Below, in pieces: positions 25,009 through 39,600 of a stretch of 64,000 nucleotides of DNA. Position numbers and translations under genes: made by a program. A model generated the notes under the pieces. The model did not search any database and was not told where the DNA came from. It was given only the letters and a program-made list of their open reading frames with translations. Source of the stretch: Seison nebaliae (lineage: Eukaryota); assembly GCA_023231475.1 (NCBI GenBank), contig JALJEE010000106.1, positions 1 to 64,000 of the forward strand. The letters run 5' to 3'. The stretch's first letter is position 1; each line of letters starts with the position of its first letter.

Positions 25009-26659
25009 TCCACAAAATCAATTTAATTTAATTTACTTGTATTCACCTTATAATTTATTAAAGCTTAACTTCAAAAAGATTATTCAGATTCATTTAATCG
25101 TTAGTATTATACATACATAAATGGTCGAATGGAAGTGATATAGATTTTCAGATATTGATTCTTGCTCAGGAACAAATTATCAAGACAAGTTTGCGCAAAA
25201 AAAGAATGAAACAACTCACGGAATGGACGAAGGGTATGGAAAAATAGTTCAATAATTCCAACATGGCTAATAAAAGATCGGTAATGATCTCTATGGCATA
25301 ATCTATGTAGCATAATCAAGTGCAAACGAAAACCCAAATGAAACTTCGAATTTGTTTAACAGAATCAGTTTTGACTTTTGCAAAATATGTAAATGAGTCC
25401 ATTATATAATTTCAGTTAATTAATATTGTAAAGGTTTTATTTTGTTAGATAATGAATTAGATAAAGGCTGGTTTTGAGGTAGATAAAGGTTATTATGGAT
25501 AAATATCTATCATTTTATATATTTTTCCATTCTTTGAAATAAACTTTCCAATAATCTCATTATTTTCATCCTCCTTAATCCTCTGTGGCTTCAAAATATT
25601 TGTCATTATTTAATCTTAAAAATAAAAAAAAAATGAGTAAATTTCTGTTTTATACTAACAATTTGTAAGTTCTTAAAAAAAATTGATTGGATTCTGCCCC
25701 TTCATGATCTATTTGTCTTGATTCGAAAAAATTTTAAATTATCAATTCTTTCTTGTTATGGTACCTATATTCTTTATAATTTATTATTTCGCGGAATTAA
25801 AACATTGAAGTTTTATCGTTATTATTATATTTTCAGTAGCCTTCAGTACTCTGAACAATGAAAAATCCCTTCGCGATGTGAAAAAAGTTAACGAGAAATT
25901 CTTCTTGAAAAATAAAAAATAATTATTTATTTATGAAAATAATAATTTATCATTTATGGAATTGTTAGAGAATGAAAGATTTTGGATTTGAGATAAATTC
26001 CAATGAATGCATGCAAATGACGTAGAAAATATCAAATAAGGGAAGGATTTCTTATTCTTAATTGCTTTCTGGCTCTAGGAAAAGATTTTAATTATGATAA
26101 TAATAGCTCTTGGAAATGTTGACTATTAGTCATTTATAAAAAAACTTCTAACAAAATATTATATAATCTAACAATTAATGTCCATTAAGTCAGTTATATC
26201 TCTAAATTACACTTGATTGATCACTTTGAAAAAGCTCATTCATTATGCATTCATACTACCTTCATTCAACCATCAACAAATGGAGGAAATTTTGTAATAA
26301 TTCTCAAAGCAAGAATGCTTCCAAAAACATTTCTACTTCTCGGAACAACTGGAATAATTATCAGACTTCTTCAATCTTCCATTATTGAATGAAAGATTCT
26401 CTCAACAAAGAAGGAAGCAAAACTTAAACGATTCTTGCCGATGGCATTGGAATCAGCAGCTGTTACGTCTTCTTTCCTTTGCTGAAATATTATGACGCAA
26501 ACTCCAACATTATTATTTTAAACAATTAATAATTTACCGCTGTGGAACCATTGAGATGATATAATTGATCATTGTTTATTCGAGAATTATAGTCAAATAA
26601 AATTACCACTCTCAAATTTTTTCCTGAATTATCAAAAAAGAATTCTGACAATCCTCACC

Positions 26660-27621
26660 ATGTCCATTATTAAACTTAATAAAATTTATGTGATATGTTT
26701 CCTATTTTCCATCATTTTAAACATATATGGTAATTCAACGGAAACTAATAGTATCAATGATTCTAACACGACCATAAATGCCAACAATTCACAATTCTTA
26801 TCGACTCCATATTCCTATGAGAATGAAACTTCTATTTTTTCCAATAGTACTGCTCAAATTGTCACCTCAACTTCGTTCGATGAGACCACCACCAATTACG
26901 ATGACATATCAACATCAACTCTCACAATTAATGTAACCGATAACTTAACAACAACAAAAACTACTATACTAAATGATAGTACAACGATAGAAAGTGAAAA
27001 TGTGACGTCTCTAAATGTCACAACTTCCATTAATATGGAAATGGAATTAAAAAATGAAACTACAATAAATCCAGACAATCCCATTAAAGAACGATGTATC
27101 AAAGACTTTACTATTGATGAAACGAAACTTTATATCTTATTCTCAACCATCACGACAGATGGGAAACAATGTTTCGATTTATGTTGTTTGAACGACCAAG
27201 AACATGGTTAATATTTTTTAAGAAATATTTGAAATTATAATAAAGAATCTTCATAGAAGATTGCATAGAAATCGAATACGACGGAGGAATTTGCACTTTA
27301 TTTGCATACAAGTTCGATAACAGTTTAACCGATTTCGTTCGGATTACTACAACATCTCCTATCACTACAATGAAAGAAATATCGTTAATGACCGAACGAA
27401 TTGGAGAGAAGTCAACGACAATTACACCAATTCCACTAACAACAATCACATCACCAATCAATGATAAGAACGATCGAATTTTTCAATTAGTTTATTTAGT
27501 TCTAATATTTGGATCATTTATCGCAATCGTGGCAATATTCATCATCGTCCGATTTCTATACACGAGATATAAACGGCGAAATTATCAACGACTCGGTGGC
27601 GCTGGTTTATCCGATTCATGA
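26660..27621 (+). CDS. Type I membrane protein: signal peptide, Ser/Thr mucin-like stalk, small Cys-rich (PAN/MANSC-like) module, TM helix, YxxL tail; 2 exons
   Basis: Intron 27207-27256 (GTT...TAG) joins the two ORFs in frame. Features are a hydrophobic N-terminus, many NxS/T sites, C..CFDLCC..DC..C, TM IFQLVYLVLIFGSFIAIVAIFIIV and cytoplasmic RYKRRNYQRL. Confidence 0.75.
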
Positions 27622-30600
27622 GTCGGTCTCTTCTTATCTTTTTTCTTATCGCTCGTCTCATAATTTTCTAATAAACATCGAATATAATGCAAATGATTAT
27701 TGTCTGGAATAAATGTTTGAATTCTTGCATTTCGTCTTCTACAACTATGATCCGCATCTAAGAAATCCAAAGCCGAATCTTTACGGATCGCTTGGAAAGC
27801 GGATAATCCATCAACTCCAATAATTTCCCTAGTGATTTGTCCCGCCTATCATGTATGTCATATGTAAGTTAATGAAAAATTTCAAATATCTTTTACTAAC
27901 TGGAACAGTCTGATAATCAGGTGATTCATAATATTCGGGACTAAGTAAAGGTACTTGATTTATTAAATTCTTCGTTCCGATTCTACTAAAATTGACTCGC
28001 TGAAGGAAAGCGACACCATGTAAACTTTCTATATTGTCAATAAAACATTTCTAAAGAACAAAAAAAAATTTTGAAAATATGAAACCGTCAGAACTATCTA
28101 ATGATAATGGTTTCTTGCTTCTTCGCCGTGCCATGACACTGAGGGATTGTTGTTCTGTTACACTTTGAGGTTCTAAAATTGATGATTAGAAAAAAGAAAT
28201 TTAAATTGAATTAATTAATTTTAATTAATGAAAATCATTAAACTTTCAAATGGTGGAACTAAATTACCTTCTTCAGTGAGAGCAGCCGATTGATCAAAAC
28301 TGGATGTGACAATTTTGGCAATTTTTGTTGATTCTCTGAATTTCGACAAAGCCTTTTTGATACTTCCTTCATCCGAATCGAGGGATGTTTTGTCAACAAC
28401 TTTAATCAATTTCCTAATCGGTTTATTAGTATGTGTAGAGTATCTTCTTGAAAATTCATTAGCATCCATATTTAATTTATCATCTTCCTCTTCATCTTTG
28501 ACAGTAAAGAAATCGTCGGATCGATATTTGTATTTCTTTTTCGGAAACGGTGGATGTGGTGCCAATCCTGCACTGGGCGAAATTGTTTCTTCATCGAAAC
28601 TGATTCCTAATCGAGCTTTTCTCATTCGTGTTTCAGGTGACATTAGTTTATCTTCGTTTGTTTCTGGTGGTTCTGGAAATACTTCAACTTGATCTAAATC
28701 GAAAAACTTCTTCTCATTTTGTACCATACGTCCAATCACTGGAACCATTTCATTACTTCTACCATGACTTAAATTCATGAACGATTGTTTAATTTCATCT
28801 TTCAAGTTATCTTGAACACTTTTCAAATTAACGAGTTGTTTCCCATTTTTATCAGTTATCAAAATCATCTCTCTACCTTGATCATCAAATGCTCTCGTTT
28901 CATCATCATCATCAAAATCGATTTTCAAATGACCTCTCTGATCATAAGACATAGCGAATGATTTTTGAGGTTCGAGATCAAATTCCACGTCTCTGGAAGA
29001 CGAGTAAGTTATATTTAATTTTCGGCCAAATAACGCATTTTCTTTAATCTCATCAGCATAAATCATTTTTCCATCATTTGATATTAATTTGACTGGTTCG
29101 ACCGTCTTCCCAAATACATCGACAAAGAGAGTCGTTGATGATTTCTTTTGTAATATAACTGGTAGGAGAACATTATCATTCTCATCATATAATTTATTAT
29201 AATGACTTCTTAATTCCGATCTGACATCTGAATCGATCGATCGAAGATCTGTTAACACTCGACCACGCCGATCAACCAACACTAACATTTCTCGATCTTT
29301 CTCGTCATACATTTTTGCCTTGCCAACACTCCTCAATTCCAACATGAGATTTCCCGCTCTAAATCGATAACTTTCCATTCTGGCTTCATCGATTTTCAAA
29401 GTTTTCGGTTTTCCTCGATAGATTTTTGATGATTTCATTACTAAAGTTTTACCTTTCAATTTCTTTTCTTTCTTTTCTCCTACTGAATCATCGATTGATT
29501 TATCTTCCTCCTCCGGGGTGAAATCTTCAAATTCTTCCAAATCTGCCGAATCAGGTATAATATTTCCGTCTTCAAGATCTTCCTGAATTTCTTCTTCAGT
29601 TCTCTCATCTATATCACCATCTTCCGTTTCACCCGGTTTTCTTTGACGAACTCTTTTCGGAATCTCCCCCGGTACTTTGAGTTTTTCAGCTTTCTTTTTC
29701 TCTTGTAACAATTTCTCTTGTTCTTTTGTTAAAATTTCACCTTTTCCAATTTTCCCACTCAGTTTTTCACTTAAATCCATCGTACTCATTTCGTCTTCAA
29801 AAAGATCTCTACCATCGTCATCATCGTACGATGATCTCTCCACGAATTTTCCATCTATATATGTTCCTTCAACAAATTTTCCATCAATATATTTCCCCTC
29901 GATAAACTCGTCGTCAACAATTATTCCGTCCACATATTTCCCATCGATATAATGTCCTTCCACATATTTTCCTTTCAAGTATTTTTCCTCGCGTTTTTTT
30001 GCCGCTTCTTCTCTTTTTTTCACTACTTCTTCTCTTTTTTTCGCCACTTCTTCTCTTTTTCTCGCTGCTTCTTCTTTCACACTCAAAACCGACCCTTTTC
30101 GATGTCGATCATCAGTCACGCTTTTTTCCGTTAAAAACGGTTCTTTATACATCTGTTTTCTCGTACTATCAATTCTTGATTTAGCCATTTTTTTTTCAAT
30201 GTCTCCCTTCGTATCTGCAGTCTTAACAGTCATGTCATCTATATCTTTAAATATTCGTTGTTTCGAAATCGTTACCGACGGAATGTCTAATATTCGACTG
30301 GTTTCTGCTTGTAATCGTTTAAATGAAAAATTTGATGGAAGATCACTTCCATTTTCATATTGATCTTCCATCTGATATTCCATAGAATAATGGACGTCAG
30401 ACGGAGAATCGGGATAAAGATGAATATCCCCAGTTCTATCAACAATCGGATCACCGTTCGAATCAAAAGTGATTGGAAGTGGTCGATGATGTGAATCATA
30501 AAATTGTTTAATTTCATTTCCTTCTTCATCGAAATAGCTCGATATTTGATTTTGTTTCGCGTCAGTTAATTCAGTTCTTACCGACCTATACGCCACATAT

Positions 30601-33600
30601 ACCGGACGAATTTCCGTTCCTTCTTTATTCAACAATTCGAGAACTTGAGTTCCATCACTATGAAACACCTGTCCAACCGGTTCATGTTCTTCAGTGGTCA
30701 AACTACTAAGAACATTTCCTTCAATATCATACAACTCTCGAATTTGATGGCCATACATATCAAATAGATTATCAGTCAACTTTCCAACTTCCGTATAAAT
30801 TGGCACAAGTTTCTTCCCCTCCACATCATACAAATCTTGAGTTAAATCGACAAATGATTCCTTAAAATTACCATCAATATCAAAGACTTGTTTCAATTGA
30901 TTTCCATGAATATCGTATAAAATCATTTCAGCATTATCCGTTTCTGAGATAACTGATGCATATTTACGTTTATCTTTATCATAAACTTCATCGATTTTAT
31001 TCTTGTCTTTGTCATATAAATCTTTCAATACTTTACCATCATCGAATACACTACTCACTTCCGACCCATCTTCACTAAACAACTTCTCAATCGGCTTCCC
31101 ATCTTTATCGAAAATTTTCGTTTGCAATTTTCCTTTTTCATCGAAAACTTTTTTGATAATTTTTTTTTCAGAATCGAAAATTTCTGAAATTTTCTTACCA
31201 TCTTCTGTGTAAAGTGTATCGTCTTTGACTAAAGCTCTTAATATATCGATCTCGTTTGGCTCCGTACCATCAACGTCTATCACTTGATCCGCCGTAGCAG
31301 ACATGGCAGAGACATGTTTTTTTAATTTATCATATTTTTTCGATGTTACCATTTCTTTAAATTTACCAGCATTATTGATCAAATATCGTAATGATACAGC
31401 TACGTCTTCATGCATTTCTCTCAATTGATCGGTTGATGGTGTAGATGAGATTCCAACTAAACTTTTATCCATAAAAAGATTTGGACGTTGTCTCGTTAAT
31501 CTGGAGAGGAAATCATTTTCCAATTGTGTTTTCACTACCATAGCGAAAACCGATTTCAATTTATCAAGTTTAATTTCCGAAATATCTTCTTTCTGATGAG
31601 GTTGCATCAATTGAAATGGCATAATCACCGTCCTCAATGTTGGTTCGATTGCTAATGTGAGTTCAGTAGCTGATCCAAAGAAGGAACGTGGCAAACTGAA
31701 TGTCTTTTCCATTTCTTTTTCGAATTTCATTGCGGCTCTTTTCACGATCGTATAAATATTTTTTCCAATCCTTTTATTATCTTGATACGATACAATTATC
31801 TCATTTTCAACCTCTTTATTCTTTTTCAATGTCACATCGATCAAATCTTTCAATTCAAGGATTGGCGGATATTCGATGGCATTAAAGTACGGTTCTGTTA
31901 ACGATCTCAGAAGTTGTTGTTGTTTCTCTAAGAGATTATTGAGAATTCTATCTTGACTTTCTCGGTTTATCTTATTATTCAATTTTTGAATATGACTAAA
32001 AATTTCTTTTTTCAAATCATTATTATATAAATCTCTATATTCTATCGGTGGAGTCCATTCCTCTAATCCGAAGACTGTATTGTACATCTTTTGCAATTGG
32101 GAAGTCTAAAAATTTAATTTCAATTCTGTCAATTTCATTTTGACTAAACTTTACTTCTGAGCTCGTTGACTTGAAGGACATATTCCGCTTTTCCCGCTTT
32201 CAGATCTCCCCCACAGAATTCTTTTATTAATTTTTGAAACTGGAAAAGTGTAGAAAATTAAAATTTTTAAAAGTTCAAAAAATTATCAAACGTCTTTTGC
32301 TATAATCAATAACGTACTAGTATTATCATAACCATTTCCAAGACCTGGTTCATATGGAACCAACGGTCGATTTTGTAGATTTGTAAGAACGGCAATAATC
32401 TTTTAAAAGAACTTATAATTTTAATAAAGAATAAACGAGTTCAACTTGTTGAAAAATTTGACCACATAAAAAGTCCCTTTTGGACTTATCTATAATTTCC
32501 AATTTTCTTAGTCTATTGGGAATACTCTAAAAATTATGTTTAAATACATTAAAAATACATTCTCTAAATTACTAACATCGTTGAACATGTCAGATATTAT
32601 TATTTTCAACGAATGATCAATTTCTCGTTCAATTGTTGCGTAATATAACTGTAATTTATCATGTTCCTCAACAAACTTTTAAATTTAATAATTTAATATT
32701 CAACAAGACAATAATTAATGAAATATTAGAAGAACTTTAGTATTAGTATCTTTGTTTTTCGATTCATACTTCCAATTCACATGTACCATAGCCAACTATG
32801 ATGAAAACTATAAAAATTCATGAAATGAAAAATAGAAACTTTAATCATCAAATTTCCTACTAGAACATCTAAAATTTGGGTAGTTTGTGGCTCTAAATAT
32901 ACCTTCGCTGTTTCTTCAAGTAATTTATTTGTTAATTTTGAAATCTGAAAATAAGAGTGGAATTTAATTATAATAATATCATTCCTAACCGCATCCAAAG
33001 TATGTCTAGCAATTTGAATTAAATCTTCAATATTTTCCTCTTCTTCACTTTGCCCTATAGCACGAAGTGCTTCAACCGTTTCCTGTAATTTGAAATGAAA
33101 TGTACAGAATTCATATTTCCATGCATATTGTACGAGATTGTTCTGGAGATGTTTATTTGATATTCGATGGTAAATGTCGGATAACTAGATTGATTAGGAA
33201 AAATGTTTTGGTTAGCATAATAATTATGAGAATATACCAAGAAATATATCCAGTTACATTCGGTCAATTTTGCATTCGGTTTATCAAGATTCAAAATTTT
33301 CATTAATAATAATGAAATCTAAAATCAGTAGATGATTCAACAAGAAGAAATTTGTTATGATAATAACATTTGCTAAGAATTTAATGAGATTTGAATTGAG
33401 AATAAATTCTTCAGTTTTACTTAACGATTTCTTGTGATACGAATAAATGATCACTTCGTAATTTTCAAATATCTTCAAGTAAATTATAAAAGTTACAAAA
33501 ATTAATGTTATAAAAAAAATGAATTAACTGTGATATAATTATTATTTATCTGATCTCTTACTTGATTACTACGAATCAAATCTAATGAACTCATCTCTTG

Positions 33601-36600
33601 TACTTTGTCCGTTAAATCGGTAAATATATTAAACAATAGTTGATATTCATCTTTATTCATAACTGGGAATTCTTTAGTGTCATCCAACTCTCTCGAATAG
33701 GCGTCATACTATAAATATTCACATTTAAATATATTCCACAATTTGGAATTTCAATAGAGGAAACTTTGGGCGCAATTACTTTATATTCTTTAACCCAATA
33801 TTCTGGTAAACGATTCCTTAACAGACCACTAACATCATCCAAGAGTAATAAACCCTAAAAATTAAAATTTCGTTAAAATTATTCGAAACGAGAAATTTGC
33901 GGTAAACTTTAATGATGATATTATTCATTTTAATGGCACTTATCGTTTCTTTTCCAACCAGCGGAGGTCGTTCAATAGCCAAAATATCTTCCAATACAAA
34001 TGGAAACTTTTAGAATTTGAATAATTTTATGAAAGTTTTTAAAAGCTTCAATAACCTCATTTAATAGATCCAAACATTCTTTACTGATCGTTCTCAGTAA
34101 TTCTAATGGAGAACTTTCAGTCAACAATTGGTTAGTGTCTTTCAGAACTAATTCCCATTTCTGAACGAGTATCAAATATGTTTTTACTTTATCTTCAGTT
34201 GCATATCTCTCTAATATTTTGTCCAAAAAGTTCTCATTGAATAATGTACAATCTTCAATCATCTTTTTGAAAAATGAAGAGGATGAAAGATATATTCAAT
34301 GAATCATTAACTTGTCGTATACTATCACCAATTGGTCTCACATTCACTATTTGATTGAGTAAGAGAGTATACAATTGAATCGCATATACTTGAAACTGGA
34401 AAAATTATCGAACGATTCTCTGATGATAATAATAACGATGAAAAAATTTTTGGTAAATAATGATTTGAAATCTAAGGAACGTAATTGTGGTAAAGGATAA
34501 TTCAACTTTTCGTTGACTATCTCCGATATCACTTGAATACTCTTTATAAAGGATGAAAATCGAAATAGGTTTGTTTTCAAGAACTATTAACTCCTTGAAC
34601 AATGACGGATGTTTCATTTGTCACAACATTGAATGAATTTTTAGATTCGCTTAATAATTTAAAATACTACAAATAGAATTTAAATGTCTGTAAAATGTTC
34701 AAAATGCGAATTATTAACAGTTGTTAATGTATTGATAAAATCATCGAAATAATTATGCCAAATACTTCGATATGGTAACGCTAAAATTTTTGTGCGATAT
34801 CGTTTTAATTGTCGTACCTAAAATTCTCATATAAGAATGCCCAATAACATCTATGAAAATTTAACTAGAGGTTTAATGTTCGATGTTAATCGGTGGAGAT
34901 ATAATTCAAATTCGGTCGGTGGTAGACCATCAAAATGTTGCAGAATTAAATACAACTATAATAATCGTTTATAAATTAGTTTTTTATGAATTATCTTCCA
35001 ACTTTAGCAATTTCACTCAACACCAATTGTGAATGATTTTCAGGTAAGGCGAAATTGGTCTCATAACTTTTCATCTCCAATTCCTTCAAACATTGAAAAG
35101 TAATTTTAAAAGTGGATTTAATTTTCTTGCCCAAAATCGACGAGATGGATCTACTTCCTTGTTCGAAATTTGACAAGAAGTAATTTCTCAACTAATTATT
35201 TGAAGAATTCATTCAAAATTTTTCAATTGAATATTCTAACATCTACAATGGCACTAAATAATCGACCCTCATTACCAGTTACAGATGATGATCCACCAGT
35301 AAATATCCATTTCAAAAGTGGCATTATCTATAAATTTCAGTTCCATTATAAATTTTTTAAAAACTGTTTTATAAAATTAACTGAATTGAGACAATTCGTT
35401 ATTTGATCATATTCCATTTCTTCTTCATCGTATGTCTCAGACACATGTTGTAAATTGAGGAGGAATAGTTGAATCTTAAAACGGAAATTTAATCATTTCA
35501 ACCAACTTCAAACAATGAACTTGAGTTACTGTTTTTATATCAATTTTATTCTTGTCCACTACCGGAGTGAACATATATTGCATCATTAACGATACCATAT
35601 TGAAAACCTGATAAAACGAATTTTATTAAAAAAGTAGAGAATAATCGAACATTATTCAAAATCGAGATACTGCTATCAAGTTGAATACTTATAGCGTTAC
35701 TAAAAGTGACATCATCATGAATAATTTGAAATTCATCCATTGTCATTATTAATAATGGCACGATAATTTTTAAAGAATTCTTCTTCTGCCAATATGGCAA
35801 ATAGACATTATACGTATTATATATCGATTGAATCTGAACGAGTAAAATATGAATAGAGAAATGAAAGAATAAATTCAAATTCAAAACTTCTTTTATACTT
35901 TTCTTTATTATCACTTTTCCCAATCCACTACCTTTCAACCAATTGTCAAATAATAATAATATCTTCAAAAAAATCAAATTTGAATTTCATATGAATTTAA
36001 TGAATAAACTCTGGTATTTAAATTGAAAATAGTGGATTCATTATAATCGGCATCTTTGAAAATATCTTTATTTTTTCTCATCAATCTATTATAATGTTTC
36101 CGTCCCTAGAAATTCGTAACGATTTATAACTTATGAAAAGAAAAATGATCAACTTCTTTATACGTCGTTATTAATAGTTGAATGTTTGTAAAAATTTCTT
36201 CACATGTCTACAACAAAAATTGTGGTCAAGTTTATTTAAAGGAATTTTTGTACAAACTCCGACGTATTTCGTTAGGTATTGAAGTATATCATGAAATTTG
36301 GCAGCTTCTACAGCTGTTCGAAATCGTTTATCACCGATCATTGTAATAATTTCTCCATTCTGTCAAAAAGTGAATTATAAGAAAACTTATAAAAATATTA
36401 TACTGTTCGATAAATCGATTCAATCGTAATTTCCGGCGGTTTACTTAACAAATGTTGATATTGGACAACTAGTCGTTGTTGCATCTATAATAATCAGATT
36501 ATTAATTTTATTTTAATCAAATTCAATAACAGCCACTAATAATTCCATGACAACAGATACGGTATTGTTTTGATCGAATAATCGAGTATCTAAATCTTTT

Positions 36601-39600
36601 CTCGTGGTTCTCAATATGTAGTGACTAGTGACCAGATCGATCTATAAAAACGGGGAAAATCGTACAATTTTAATTAACTCAATAATAATAATTTCAACAT
36701 TTCCCGATATTAAATTGCAAAATTCTTCAATTTTTGCTAAATCTTCAGGATTCCTTATGACAGGAAACTAATCAAAAAAATAAATTATCAGAATTTTAAA
36801 AAATTATGTTCAACCGATTCTAAAATTTTCATAAGACTCTGAATTCCAGGAAGATTCATTGCCATTTTTAGTTTCTTCCTAAAATTAACGTGGTTGATGA
36901 AGCTAGAAATATATCGACATGTCTCAATCGTTTTACTTTTATCTTGCTCATCATTTAAATTGTCACTCAGTTGACGTATCTGGAAAAGAATTGAAAAAGA
37001 GGAATAACTTAAATAACCTAAATTAACTAACATACGAAAATAGAATGATGGTGAGTGTTTCGATGTCTTCATTCTTCAGTAAAACTGTTAAATCGTCTTC
37101 TTTGATGAATGTTTTGAACATTGTTAAAATCTTTAGAGAAAATATGAAAAGGCCATAAAAAACGATCTAACAAATGATTGTAGACTAATCAATGCATCTC
37201 TCAATGGTTTGAATCCGTTGATTTTAATCATATTTGCTATCGATCCAGTCAATGAAAGTAACTGTATTGTAAATAAAAGTTGAATTTAATTTAATATTTC
37301 CATAATTATTTTCCTTATTACTAACAGTTCTACATCGACTATGGAAATTGTGTAAAGCCATCGTCCATTCCTTCATTCGATATTTTTCAACATTAATCGT
37401 TTCCACAATCTTCACAATTTTAGTTATCTATCAATTCGGAATAATATGGTTTTTTTCAAAAATATCGTTAAATTCAAACCTCCTTCTCAAGTACTGCACA
37501 ATATGATAAAATGACTGAAGGTGCCGAATTTACCGATAACTGAGCGACAGCAGATACGTAGAAAAAAGCCTAAAAAAATTATTGTTTATTTTTTTAAAAA
37601 AATATTTTATATTATCAACTTTCATTAGACAATCCACAATTAATATATGACTTTGTTTCTCCATTGTATGGATGAAATTTATTGATGTTGCCGTTCCAAA
37701 AGTTAATGCCTATTTTATTTCCAACACAATTTAAAGTTTATAAGTTTATTTTATTTAGAAACTTAAAAAATTTAACTTTTTTTTGTAAGCGGCCTGAGTC
37801 GTGTGTTATAGAAGCATAAGTATTAGTGTCCAATCTTCCTAAAATAGTTCTAAATTCTTTTTTCATCTGATAAAAGTCATTTAATAAATTTATGAAAATT
37901 ATTCGATATTTAATATATTTTTAAAAAGTCGAAACTTGTTGAAGATCATTCAATACACCGGTTGCTAATTGCAAATTCTTAAACATTTTAGGAGGATTTA
38001 ATTCAGATATCTTTTAATCAATTTCATAATAAAGTGACAAAGAATTCGAATTAAACTTGTTTAACGGCATCAGTTAATGCGTTTAATCTCGTGTTACTAT
38101 CTTCGATTTTTTGTTCGGATCCTCCCAGAAATTCCGAAATGATCTTATCTACTTTATCCACAAATGTATATTGAGTATTCGATTGATGAACTTTGTCAAT
38201 CACCAAAATTTGTTCGGAGTTATTCGTAATATTATCAATAATTCTTAATAAATTCTTTGTCTAATTGTCAATTGATGATAAGTACAATATAATTAATAAA
38301 ATTTCTTACTGATGTACTTAATTTGTCACAAATGGCATTTGTCTCTCTCGGTAAACCAGCTTTGATTACGCTAAAACGTCGAACATATTCATTGACCTGG
38401 GAAGTTTTATATTTTATACAAACGAACAAAATCCAACTTCATGAACAGCCATACCAACTAAATCTTGCAACGGTTCCTCACTCCTGGTATTTGAAGGTAA
38501 CTAAATTATTTTTCAAAAATTTAATTTCCATCAGATGTTAAATTTCAATTAACTTTGGATATGATATGTAAAAGTCTCAAGATCAATTTACGATAGTTTA
38601 AACTTATCTTACTTGTCTTTTTCACCGTACCAGATTCTTCGATTAAAATATGCGCCAATCGATCTGCCACATCTTTCATCACTGATGCTGTCGCGGGATC
38701 TTCAACTTCCGACCAAGATTCTAGTGATTTCATTATCGCTTCCGTTATTTGCTTCTTTAATTTAGTCACTGAATTGTGATTCATTACACCGTTCATACAG
38801 AATAAATTCTCCACAATTTTCAATATATCGTTGAAATCGAGAACTTCCGTTTTTATTTGATTATCATCTAAACTGAACAATTTTCCCATAGCGGAAAATA
38901 CGAATGTCGGTTTCCCACCATTTAGTGCTTGAGCTAACGCTTTTCTCGTTATCGTATTTGTTGACGGTGATTCTTGTAACATTTTCACACAAATAATATC
39001 CTTCAAATTCAAATTAAAATTTTATTTTTTACAAATAAATTTTCATTTAACTTGAACTAAATTATTAATTGCATCGATATCTAATTGATCATCTGGTTTC
39101 TCAAAATTCCGATTTGTTAATTTCCTTTCAAATATCTTGTTGACGAGCTATTTGAAATGACAATAAAATTTAAAAGGTAATTGATAGAAAAATAAACTTT
39201 TCTTTTGACACCGAAAAATCGGAAAATCTTCTCTAACACCAAATCCTCATTGACATCACCATCTTTTTCGATTTGATCAAATATCATCCGGATGGTTTGT
39301 AATATACTCGGCATGTCATTCTCATCGAATTTAATTATTTGACCTTCAGAATTAACAAACTTATCATATTGTCCCACATAAAATATATCATTTGTGTCAT
39401 CGAAATTTAAAGATAATTCCGAATATCCACCTTCTTGTATAGACAATGCATGACTTGGTCGATTCTTTTGAAAATCGTGTATCTTATTTAACATCTCTTT
39501 ATATCTCCCATAAGTTGTTATGTCGATCTCATCCAAATCTACTAATGGTTTCGTACTGGCACGTAACATGTCCGGATCTTCCACCACTTTTGTAACACTA

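Noticed and set aside
26190..26520. Minus-strand frame that stays open if TGA is read as Trp (alternative genetic code or NUMT)
   Set aside because: TGA terminates GCP3 at its conserved C-terminus and ends the Dlx and VWA3A-like ORFs, and the peptide resembles no mitochondrial protein I recognise.
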